Notes under the pieces: model-generated
The model's input: the letters and a program-made list of their open reading frames with translations, nothing else
The model's database searches: none
What the model was told of the DNA's origin: nothing
Part shown: piece by piece, positions 25,602 to 32,852 of the stretch
Numbering within the stretch: position 1 is the stretch's first letter
How the letters are laid out: every line of letters starts with the position of its first letter
Translations under genes and position numbers: made by a program
IMG/VR virus record: IMGVR_UViG_3300006097_000017
Coordinates: 1-32,852 of that record
DNA length: 32,852 nt
From: a virus
Taxonomy: Duplodnaviria > Caudoviricetes
Direction: 5' to 3' (one strand)

Positions 25602-26480
25602 CTAGGACTCGGCGCAGAGTATCTTGCCGACGCCCTCTTCTTGCATACGAGTCGCGCCCATGCCAAGCCACGCTTGAATGAGAAGGGACTGCCCTTTCTG
25701 AGGAACAGGATCTATCGAAGCACCTATCTCCCGACCGATACCGAGAAGAAGGGCGTTCTTGTGCCAGAACAGGCATTCACGGTATTGGTTCGCATCAGTG
25801 CTTAGCTTGTTGCTCTTGATAAACTTGAATCCAAGGAATGTGTCGAGATCGCCTGCCACAAGGGCTTTCACGGTGTTATAGTCAGCCGAAGTGACTTCCG
25901 TAGTAGCCAGAAGCTCCATCAACTGCTTCGGAGCGATGACTATATACCGTTCATCGTCCGGTGCTTCGTTTTCATCCAGTATTTCCTTGGCCGCACGAAG
26001 CTTGCCCAGATTCATCCCGGTTGCAGTGCTATCTCCAACAGTAACTGCGACCGTCATATTGGCATCATCGAACGGTACAAGCACTGACCCGGTTTCACCG
26101 GTATACGCATTACCGAGCGCAGCCGAAATTATCTCCTTATCGATAGCCCTATTCAACGCCATCGCAAAGTTCATCGCATAGGCATTGGTGGGGTTGTTGA
26201 GGATTTTGTACAAATCCTCCTGATCGATATAGTCAGCTACGTACTTGTCTACCGGCGCAACACGACGCCTTTTGTGCGGCGTGCTTACGACTTCCAGGTC
26301 AGCATGCCTGGTCGTTTTGTTCTTCGCTTCCACCGACGCTATCTGGTCGAAGAAAGCGTACTTACCTTCAACGGGCTCTACCCTTACAGCTTCACGAAGT
26401 TTGCTTCGTTTCTGCTGGTAAAGAATTTCTATGCCCGACTTATATTCCTGCACCATTGCAGTCGTAATCTGCATGGACAT
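25602..26480 (-). CDS. Major capsid protein
   Basis: QQK.SKLR..V, TPHKRR, A.NRAIDK.II.A, TSADYN.VKALV.G..DTFLGFKF, GATR.QE.GV. Confidence 0.9.
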   Translation of the reverse strand: MSMQITTAMVQEYKSGIEILYQQKRSKLREAVRVEPVEGKYAFFDQIASVEAKNKTTRHADLEVVSTPHKRRRVAPVDKYVADYIDQEDLYKILNNPTNAYAMNFAMALNRAIDKEIISAALGNAYTGETGSVLVPFDDANMTVAVTVGDSTATGMNLGKLRAAKEILDENEAPDDERYIVIAPKQLMELLATTEVTSADYNTVKALVAGDLDTFLGFKFIKSNKLSTDANQYRECLFWHKNALLLGIGREIGASIDPVPQKGQSLLIQAWLGMGATRMQEEGVGKILCAES

Positions 26481-26519
26481 TTTTATCAGCTCCCTTTGAT
26501 TAATATTTCGTTACACTTA

Positions 26520-26580
26520 CAGGGTATCCCTTTGCAGGGACCTGATAAAAACCGGTGCGCCGGACCTTACGGGTACCCGA
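26520..26580 (-). promoter_or_regulatory. Twin bulged GNRA hairpins in the capsid gene leader
   Basis: TCGGG-tac-CC-gtaa-GG-TCCGG and CAGG-TCCCT-gcaa-AGGGA-tac-CCTG. Confidence 0.55.
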
Positions 26581-26584
26581 CTAT

Positions 26585-27412
26585 CTATTCGCCAAACGCT
26601 ATTTCGTGGAGTCGCTTGAACTTCTTCACAGCTTCGTCGTGTTCGGGGTTCATCGAGTCTTGCAGGGCTTTAATGAACTTGGGGTCATTCTTCAGTTTTG
26701 CGAGCTCGCTCTTGGCATCTATGGTGAATCCACCTTTGCCTATTACTGAAGACAGCTTGTCTTCGCCAAGCATTTTACCTATACGGTTGAACAATCTGAT
26801 GACCCTCGGATCGTTACCAAGTCCTGCATTCAATAGTTGTTTTTGTTCATCGTCACATAGCGTTTCGACGGCTTTTCTCGCTGTTTCGATTTCAGTATCG
26901 AAATTGTTACCCCATTCTTTTTGTAACTCGGTCAATGCCGTTTCCTTCAATTGCTCGATCTGCTGTTCTACTTTCTCGGCAGTTTTCTGCCGGAACCCTT
27001 CCCAGAATTTTTCGATACCTTCTATCTGCTGTTGAGTGAATCCCTTTTCATGGGCCAATCTCTTGAATTCATTCAATATATCCTCATCAGCGTCTTCTAT
27101 GTTGATCTTGTACCCATCAGGGCTTTCCGGCCTGCCGATAGCCCGATAGAATTCATCCCACTCCTCTTTCGGAGCATCGGGAGTCGGCATGGCAATTCTT
27201 TTTTTGCCTATCAGCTTATTGGCATTGACCAAACCTCTTATTGCATCCTCCGTGCTTTTATACCTCTGCACGGTAGGTTCAGATTTGAGGTCGTCAGGCA
27301 AGCTCTCCCACCAAGCTCCGGTCTCCTCTTGAGAGGACGCAGCTTCGGTAGTAGTCTGTTCCTGTGTTTCTGTTTCGGGTGCCCCGTATTCGGGACCGAA
27401 ATCTTCAGTCAT
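26585..27412 (-). CDS. Capsid scaffolding/assembly protein
   Basis: Acidic N terminus, W..SLP.DL, GRPESPDGY, LQKEWG, GLGNDP.VIRLF..IG..L.ED. Confidence 0.85.
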   Translation of the reverse strand: MTEDFGPEYGAPETETQEQTTTEAASSQEETGAWWESLPDDLKSEPTVQRYKSTEDAIRGLVNANKLIGKKRIAMPTPDAPKEEWDEFYRAIGRPESPDGYKINIEDADEDILNEFKRLAHEKGFTQQQIEGIEKFWEGFRQKTAEKVEQQIEQLKETALTELQKEWGNNFDTEIETARKAVETLCDDEQKQLLNAGLGNDPRVIRLFNRIGKMLGEDKLSSVIGKGGFTIDAKSELAKLKNDPKFIKALQDSMNPEHDEAVKKFKRLHEIAFGE

Positions 27413-27647
27413 TATTCAAAACCTCCGTCTGTAATTTTTTGAACGTCTCCTCACCCAGCATATCCGCTATGTACTGAAATACCTCCTGCTTCGCTATCCG
27501 CCTGTCTGTCTCCCTCATGGAATCATGCACATAAGGCGAGAATCCATAATAACACACTGACTTCAAGTCCTTTAACACATCACCGCCTTCCTTGCTTGTA
27601 AATACCATCTGATATTCATGTTTCAGGTCCTCAAGATCTTTTTTCAT
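27405..27647 (-). CDS. Bbp19-like small protein between portal and scaffold
   Basis: Y..VF.S.EG..VL.DL motif and synteny. Confidence 0.7.
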   Translation of the reverse strand: MKKDLEDLKHEYQMVFTSKEGGDVLKDLKSVCYYGFSPYVHDSMRETDRRIAKQEVFQYIADMLGEETFKKLQTEVLNND

Positions 27648-27657
27648 TCAGCTACCC

Positions 27658-29253
27658 TCACATCTCTATCTGCGAAGCGGTTTTCCCCACTTCTGCGGCA
27701 TCTTTCATCAACTGCATCTGCTGCTGCATCGCTTGCGCCTGCGCCCTGGCCTGCCTTATGGCTTCCACGTCGTCCCTGTTTCTCAGAAGCCTCGCTGGTA
27801 CGCCTGTTATGTCGGCCACATGCCTTGCTGTTTCATCGAAGTCGAATACGTCAAGCATTTCAGGATTCACCTGAGCAAGTACGGATACGAACGAAAGTGC
27901 TCTCTGTATTGCGGCGACATCGCTCATTCTTTGCGCCCTGCTCATGGGAGACATGAATTCCACCTTGACGGGGCCTCCATATCTTTGAAGTATCGATGGC
28001 ATTTCAGGCAGTTTGTTCTTTCTTGCCATAATGCCTATCACCCTCTTCGTCAAGGGTTCCAGGTATTCATGCACAAGCCGTGAATAAGTAGGCCCCAGCA
28101 CCCTTATATTCTCTTCAACACGCTGCATGACTTCCGTAGCTGTCATTCTGTCCGCCCTGACCAGCGATATCGCATCATAGTAAAATGTCTCGTTGATTGA
28201 CTGTTTGACCCCGGTTATAAGGTGCTCGGTAATGGGTATGGTCTGGCCATCCACCACATACAGTGGTTGTATCCTCTCCGCACCCTTGGCCCTTGTGTTG
28301 ATAGCCCCCGGAGTGGCGTTCAATTCCGTCAGGTATGACTTGAATTCCACATCAAGCGGAGGATTGATGATTTTAGAAGAAGCCTCCAGTACGGATTTCG
28401 TCATGCTGTTGATGGTCTTTACATCCGGGAGGGCCTCCATGCCCGGTCCTCGTCCGAATATCTCTCCCGGGGCGGTAGCCCATCTGGTCACGAAAGCCGG
28501 AAACTCGTAATAACCGGCCTCTTTCAATACATGTTTCCAGTCGAGAGCAAGCCACACTGAAGCATAAGGTTTGTCCAGTTTGTTAAACTTGTTGTAGTCG
28601 TCTTTCGGGAATATTGCATGCAGTATTTTGATTTCTTCATCAGGATATTTCTCGGCTTTTTCGAGTATTGCCTTGTTGCATGCCTTTTCCCCGAATTGCC
28701 TGACTACATTCCTTGCCGACAATGAGAATTCCCTGAACAGGACATCCACAAAGCCATGCTCATTTTCGGCTATGACACATTGAGACACTGGCAGGCAATG
28801 GAACACTATATCCGGCTGGTTAGGATCTTCGTTGCTGTCCAGAAACAGTATCGCCGTCCCGAAAGCTATAAGGCTCAAATAAAATTCCTGGGCCTTCATG
28901 TGGAAATTGCTGGAGTTTATGGCTTCGAGACATATATCCTCGCATGACTGTACCCATCTCTGGACTTCGTTGTATTGCGCCAGTTCCCACGGTTGTATCT
29001 TCAGTGAAAGCCATAGTTGAGAGGGGTTGGTAAGCATCGAATGGAGAGTGGCTGCGAGCCTGTACAGGGCTCTGGTAGCCGTGGAGTCGTAAATGTTCGT
29101 ATGCCTTTTCCCGCCACGTGCTTTTGGGTAAATATTTTCCACCGGGATAATGTATCTGGAGACATCATCCCAGTGAGTCATCCACGGGATACGGTAATTC
29201 TTCAGGTTCTCGTATCGTTCAATAATCAACTTGAAGGATCGATCTTCCACCAC
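27658..29253 (-). CDS. Portal / head-tail connector (T7 gp8-like family)
   Basis: IYDSTA..A...LAA.L, SNF, FGTA, GE.FGRGPG..ALPD, RMTATEV..R.EE....LGP. Confidence 0.93.
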   Translation of the reverse strand: MVEDRSFKLIIERYENLKNYRIPWMTHWDDVSRYIIPVENIYPKARGGKRHTNIYDSTATRALYRLAATLHSMLTNPSQLWLSLKIQPWELAQYNEVQRWVQSCEDICLEAINSSNFHMKAQEFYLSLIAFGTAILFLDSNEDPNQPDIVFHCLPVSQCVIAENEHGFVDVLFREFSLSARNVVRQFGEKACNKAILEKAEKYPDEEIKILHAIFPKDDYNKFNKLDKPYASVWLALDWKHVLKEAGYYEFPAFVTRWATAPGEIFGRGPGMEALPDVKTINSMTKSVLEASSKIINPPLDVEFKSYLTELNATPGAINTRAKGAERIQPLYVVDGQTIPITEHLITGVKQSINETFYYDAISLVRADRMTATEVMQRVEENIRVLGPTYSRLVHEYLEPLTKRVIGIMARKNKLPEMPSILQRYGGPVKVEFMSPMSRAQRMSDVAAIQRALSFVSVLAQVNPEMLDVFDFDETARHVADITGVPARLLRNRDDVEAIRQARAQAQAMQQQMQLMKDAAEVGKTASQIEM

Positions 29254-29586
29254 CTACGCCCCCAACAGGGTCTTCCTGGAAACAGTAGCTCCTCCCATCA
29301 GACCTCCGCCCGGTGTCAAAAGAGTCGACATATATCCGCCTCTCCTGCGTGCCTCCTGTATAGCGGCTCTCCGCTGCGCTTCTGCACTTTCTATGGTAGC
29401 CTCACTCTGTGTTATCTCAGGATGAAGGACAGCTGCTTCTTCCATTTTTTGCTGTTGTTTTGTTTGTTCCTTGGCTATCTCGGCAGCTGAAGGCGGTTTT
29501 GGAGTACTTGGCTTGTCCAGTGCGGAAACAGTAGAGGCTACAGCCGCAGCACCGGTCAACCATGGAAGTATAGGCCCAATACTCAT
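29254..29586 (-). CDS. Small virion-associated protein upstream of the portal
   Basis: RRRGG..STLLT..GG.......KTLLG terminus typical of this position. Confidence 0.65.
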   Translation of the reverse strand: MSIGPILPWLTGAAAVASTVSALDKPSTPKPPSAAEIAKEQTKQQQKMEEAAVLHPEITQSEATIESAEAQRRAAIQEARRRGGYMSTLLTPGGGLMGGATVSRKTLLGA

Positions 29587-29617
29587 ATAGATTACCCCCT
29601 CTTGTAATATCTCTTTA

Positions 29618-29636
29618 ATTGTACCAGATTATACCA
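29618..29636 (-). promoter_or_regulatory. Tandem extended -10 elements
   Basis: TGGTATAAT-C-TGGTACAAT at the terL stop, upstream of the head genes. Confidence 0.4.
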
Positions 29637-31206
29637 GATAAAGCTCATTTCGAAAAGGGTCAAAGTTATTTATAACTTCATGTTGTATATCAGTATACTC
29701 TATCGGCGGACTTACGCCAAGGTCTGGATGGAACATGTTAGCCATGCAGTCAAGCATATCGTCATGCATTTGAATATTAGGCAGGTAGACAGAGTATTCT
29801 TCCTCGATGAATTGTTTTACGACATCTACTTCGATACCTTCCCAGTTGCGCTTGATTATCGACCTCGGAAGCAATACACGTCCTTCCTTGAAGGGCGAGA
29901 TAAGCCACGCTATACGTTCTGCTTTTGCTACCTTGAGGCTTAGCGGGATGATGTTGAATACGAAATTCACCTTGTTCTGGACATACTGGATGTGTTCTAT
30001 ATCCGCCTGCATGGAGTATTGTTCGTATCCCACAAGAATAGGCCGATATTTTTTCACCAGCGAGAAAAGTGTGCTTGTTCGCTCTTCAAGGTTCAGCTTG
30101 TCCCTGACCATATCTATGACGCGGTACACTTCGTCGGACCCTACGCCGAAGACAATCATCACTGTGTAGTCCCGGTCCTTTTTCTTCGTCCCAGCAGGAT
30201 CTACGACAATGTATACATTAAGTCCCTCTGTGTTGTAGTTTCCGGTAACCGGGTCGGGATCCCAGAATTTGAGCCATTCGAGTCTGAAGGACGATTCTAC
30301 GGCCGCCGACGGATTAAGAAGGATCTGGCATGCAAACGTATGCGGACCCATGGTCTCTTTCTTTTTCGCAAGCTCTTTTCTGTCCCAGTAGACAGGTGTC
30401 CCGTCAGGGAGCACTCCGGGGTATACCCTCGGTTTCGCAGCTGACCTTTTGATGATTTCCCTGTACGTATCCATCAGTGCCCACCTTGTGCCTATGTAGC
30501 GTATTTTACCCCCCGCCTTCGACAGGTTGAGCGAGTCGGCCCATGCTGAAGTGGTCTTTTCCACCATTTCCGTCGTGCTTACGCTTTCACGTGTCACGAC
30601 GTCGTCGTATACCATAAGGTCAAAGTGCCTGCTGGTAGGTTGGTTATCGACCAACCCCCACGCTTCCACGGTGGCTTCTTTGGGGTTTTTCTCACGCTTG
30701 ACGAGTATGGCGTCGTTTGTCCATTTAGGGGAATCTCTCTTAGGGTTCTCATAAAGCACATCAGGGAACAGTTGTTTGAGGAATTCGTTGGATTCCAGTT
30801 CACGTTTTATCTGTTGCAGGAAGCCTTGCGCTATCTCACGCTTGTGGGAGAATATCGCTATGGTTATATCAGGATTATTTAATATTTCCTGGATAGTCAA
30901 TCCGAAGGTGATTATGGAGCTTTTGTAATGTTCGCGGGCCCATAGGTCGAGGTACCCGTTAGGTTCGTCCTGCACTTCCCGGCACCGCTCGAAGCCCCAG
31001 TCCTGGTTGAAGGTAGCTCTTGGAGGCTTGTCTATATCCTTACGTCCGAGGACATAGACCAAGAGAAAAAAGAGGTCACTGCGACAAATGGCTCTTATAG
31101 CCTCTATGGCCAGGCGGTCATTGTCGAGCTCCCGTATTTGCTTGAAGAGTTTAAGATAAAAATACTTGGCCTTCAGCTTAGGCTTTAACCACGTTAATTT
31201 CCTCAA
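29629..31206 (-). CDS. terL: Terminase large subunit
   Basis: LWAREHYKSS (Walker A variant), YDDVV (Walker B), IGTRW, VDPAG, HDDMLD; GGAGG RBS before TTG. Confidence 0.9.
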   Translation of the reverse strand: MRKLTWLKPKLKAKYFYLKLFKQIRELDNDRLAIEAIRAICRSDLFFLLVYVLGRKDIDKPPRATFNQDWGFERCREVQDEPNGYLDLWAREHYKSSIITFGLTIQEILNNPDITIAIFSHKREIAQGFLQQIKRELESNEFLKQLFPDVLYENPKRDSPKWTNDAILVKREKNPKEATVEAWGLVDNQPTSRHFDLMVYDDVVTRESVSTTEMVEKTTSAWADSLNLSKAGGKIRYIGTRWALMDTYREIIKRSAAKPRVYPGVLPDGTPVYWDRKELAKKKETMGPHTFACQILLNPSAAVESSFRLEWLKFWDPDPVTGNYNTEGLNVYIVVDPAGTKKKDRDYTVMIVFGVGSDEVYRVIDMVRDKLNLEERTSTLFSLVKKYRPILVGYEQYSMQADIEHIQYVQNKVNFVFNIIPLSLKVAKAERIAWLISPFKEGRVLLPRSIIKRNWEGIEVDVVKQFIEEEYSVYLPNIQMHDDMLDCMANMFHPDLGVSPPIEYTDIQHEVINNFDPFRNELYLV

Positions 31207-31678
31207 GCTCTTCCTCCAGCTGGACTACCATCTTCTCGACAAAGTCCCTTGCGGCTTTCAGGCGGTCCTTTTCTTCGGCTTCGTCTATCTTTTCTGCGAT
31301 TTTAGCCCTCAGGTCTATGAGCTTATACAGCGAAGCAGCGTCTTTTTCGGTCTTCTCCGGGCGCTTCTGAATGCTTTTGATGATGTTGTCTATGGTTTTA
31401 AGCGTTTGCCTGTTAAGGGAGCTGGAGTCTATCTGCTGGACTATTTCACCATCAGGGGTGACGATGTTGTTAAGCTCCCTCGCTATACGTGCGTCCCAGT
31501 TATATTTTTTAGACCAGTTCAGTATAGTGGGATAGGATACTCCGCCCATATCCTTGTGGACTTTGTTGATACTTCTTTTAGGGCCGAGAGCATAGTAGTA
31601 GTCGAAGTACTTTTGCACATGCTCCGGCATCTGAATTACGTATTCCATGTGGTTTACTGTCTTTTCTTCCAGAACCAT
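31178..31678 (-). CDS. Putative terminase small subunit
   Basis: F..YY.LGPKRS..KV...WS.KYNW..R HTH-like N terminus; overlaps the terL start. Confidence 0.7.
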   Translation of the reverse strand: MVLEEKTVNHMEYVIQMPEHVQKYFDYYYALGPKRSINKVHKDMGGVSYPTILNWSKKYNWDARIARELNNIVTPDGEIVQQIDSSSLNRQTLKTIDNIIKSIQKRPEKTEKDAASLYKLIDLRAKIAEKIDEAEEKDRLKAARDFVEKMVVQLEEELEEINVVKA

Positions 31679-31782
31679 TCACCATCCTTGCGATATTTCA
31701 TAAAAGCGAAAAATGCGCCTATAAAAGTCAAAGCCAGGACAGCCTTAAGTATCTGACTCCATACGGGTCCTTCAAGGATCAT
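31654..31782 (-). CDS. Small membrane protein (42 aa)
   Basis: GGGGAGGTG RBS; MILEGPVWSQILKAVLALTFIGAFFAFMKYRK... Confidence 0.55.
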   Translation of the reverse strand: MILEGPVWSQILKAVLALTFIGAFFAFMKYRKDGEWFWKKRQ

Positions 31783-31787
31783 CCGGG

Positions 31788-31934
31788 TCACCTCCCCTTT
31801 TTCTTTTCACCCTTGCCTACAGGGCTATTCGGGTGCTGACTGTTCCAGATACGTGCCGCTTTCTTCTGTGCAGCCTCTTTTGATAACCCCTCTTTAATAA
31901 ATTTATCTCTCATCTTCTCGTAACCTTTTGGCAT
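31788..31934 (-). CDS. Small basic protein (48 aa)
   Basis: GGAGGTG RBS; MPKGYEKMRDKFIKEGLSKEAAQKKAARIWNSQHP... Confidence 0.65.
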   Translation of the reverse strand: MPKGYEKMRDKFIKEGLSKEAAQKKAARIWNSQHPNSPVGKGEKKKGR

Positions 31935-32040
31935 CCTTAGACACCTCCAATTCAACCCAAAGTTCATATTTGGGCTTTGACTTGGTGTTTTTATTCAGCC
32001 TTCCGGAGAGCTTATGTTTCCTGACATTAGGCTCACTCAT
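31903..32040 (-). CDS. Small basic protein (45 aa)
   Basis: GGGGAGGT RBS; MSEPNVRKHKLSGRLNKN... Confidence 0.55.
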   Translation of the reverse strand: MSEPNVRKHKLSGRLNKNTKSKPKYELWVELEVSKDAKRLREDER

Positions 32041-32197
32041 CTTTTACCTCCCCTGTCCTGAACAAAGTACAGTAATCAGCATAATTATTCCCTACTCCAC
32101 TAGCGTTACTCCAAACACTTGCAGGTACCCACTGAGGGACAGGTGCTTCACACTTACCCGACACTGCATTGAACCATAAACACTCTCTACAAGTCAG
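32033..32197 (-). CDS. Small Cys-rich protein with apparent CTG start (54 aa)
   Basis: AAGGGGGG RBS, 7 nt, then CTG; (M)TCRECLWFNAVSGKCEAPVPQWV...DYCTLF; overlaps the next start. Confidence 0.5.
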   Translation of the reverse strand: MTCRECLWFNAVSGKCEAPVPQWVPASVWSNASGVGNNYADYCTLFRTGEVKDE

Positions 32198-32220
32198 TTA
32201 TTATCCCCCCTTAAGTAAAT

Positions 32221-32248
32221 ATAATAGCAACTTACTCTACGCTGTCAA
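32221..32248 (-). promoter_or_regulatory. Sigma70-type promoter of the late/packaging operon
   Basis: TTGACA-N16-TATTAT with extended TG, just upstream of the first RBS. Confidence 0.65.
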
Positions 32249-32463
32249 AACACACCCTCTTTCATCGGCAATCCCAAATACACCTCAAAGGCTACCCCTG
32301 ATTTTGCTTTTAAGCCACTTTTCCCGCTCTCTAAGCTATCCTCTTTGTGAAACAGGTATATTTGTACCCCTTCGAGTAACTTCTTTCAATACAGAGCGTC
32401 TATGAAGGTCTGGTATACAGTAAAGCGTTTCTTGTGATGAAACTAAATTACCGCTACAGGTCG

Positions 32464-32472
32464 ATTATACCA
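32464..32472 (-). promoter_or_regulatory. Extended -10 element
   Basis: TGGTATAAT; no good -35 at 17 nt. Confidence 0.35.
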
Positions 32473-32554
32473 CACAAAACCTGCTTATAACTGCAAAATT
32501 TTTATTGTGTAGCGTGTATGGGTATTGTTGTGCGCTGGAGGAGTAATTTGGGGG

Positions 32555-32790
32555 ATCTAGGGTACCCTACAGAACTACAATACCAGTCTGGTAAATATAC
32601 CTGACTTACCTGCTGGAGTACAGTAAAATACCCGTGGTCTCTAGTACAGTACAGTAAAATACTCTATAGAGTATATATACCAGAGTATATATAAATAAAC
32701 TACTCTATAGTAGAGTAAACTATAGTGTATATATACTGTAGTGTACTTATAGAGTAATACTGAACTATAGTATAGTATTAAGTAGTTTAT
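32555..32790. repeat. Low-complexity TA/CTA/TAG/GTA palindrome-rich non-coding tract
   Basis: ATACTCTATAGAGTAT palindrome at 32659-32674, GTATATATAC at 32671 and 32727, many CTATAG/CAGTA words. Confidence 0.7.
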
Positions 32791-32852
32791 GACCTTCCTA
32801 ACAGGGATGGAAACAATCGCCAGCCTGATAGACAACCTTGGCTTCGCCATGT

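Noticed and set aside
15353-31756. Many + strand ORFs opposite the structural genes (e.g. 16832..17674, 26274..27035)
   Set aside because: Antisense shadows of long - strand genes with no RBS or protein-like composition
31939-31950. TTGGAGGTGTCT identical to the TR junction sequence at 12962-12973
   Set aside because: Both contain the SD consensus, so the match is likely coincidental
32641-32850. 69-aa Tyr-rich ORF
   Set aside because: Artefact of the low-complexity TA-rich tract
1-32852. Stop-codon reassignment, tRNA genes, integrase/att site, intact reverse transcriptase
   Set aside because: Genes are intact in the standard code using all three stops; no cloverleaf, recombinase or RT (YxDD-type) ORF was recognised in the window

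Overview
The window is about 33 kb of a tailed dsDNA phage or prophage genome with two convergent arms. The + strand arm (1-10.3 kb) carries early and replication genes: many small tightly packed ORFs, two paralogous Imm5-like genes, DUF1599, a Cas4-like nuclease, an ERF recombinase, an iteron-containing replication initiator, a resolvase-like nuclease, an SSB and two HTH proteins. The - strand arm (32.2-10.4 kb) is a podovirus-type (BPP-1/T7-like) late operon: terminases, portal, scaffold, capsid, tail tube A/B, internal virion proteins, an Mtd-like tail fibre, an amidase, a holin and a spanin-like pair. No integrase, polymerase or reverse transcriptase is visible. The most notable signals are: (1) a broken diversity-generating retroelement, in which a 52-nt template-repeat fragment directly follows the tail fibre gene and differs from its variable repeat only at adenines, while the rest of the TR and any avd/RT are missing; (2) a consensus promoter plus terminator defining a ~67-nt sRNA with an anti-Shine-Dalgarno loop where the arms meet; (3) a twin bulged-hairpin element upstream of the capsid gene; (4) three degenerate ~110-130 bp intergenic elements resembling strong gyrase sites; (5) a CTG-initiated first late gene. 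All product calls come from motif recognition by eye, not database searches.
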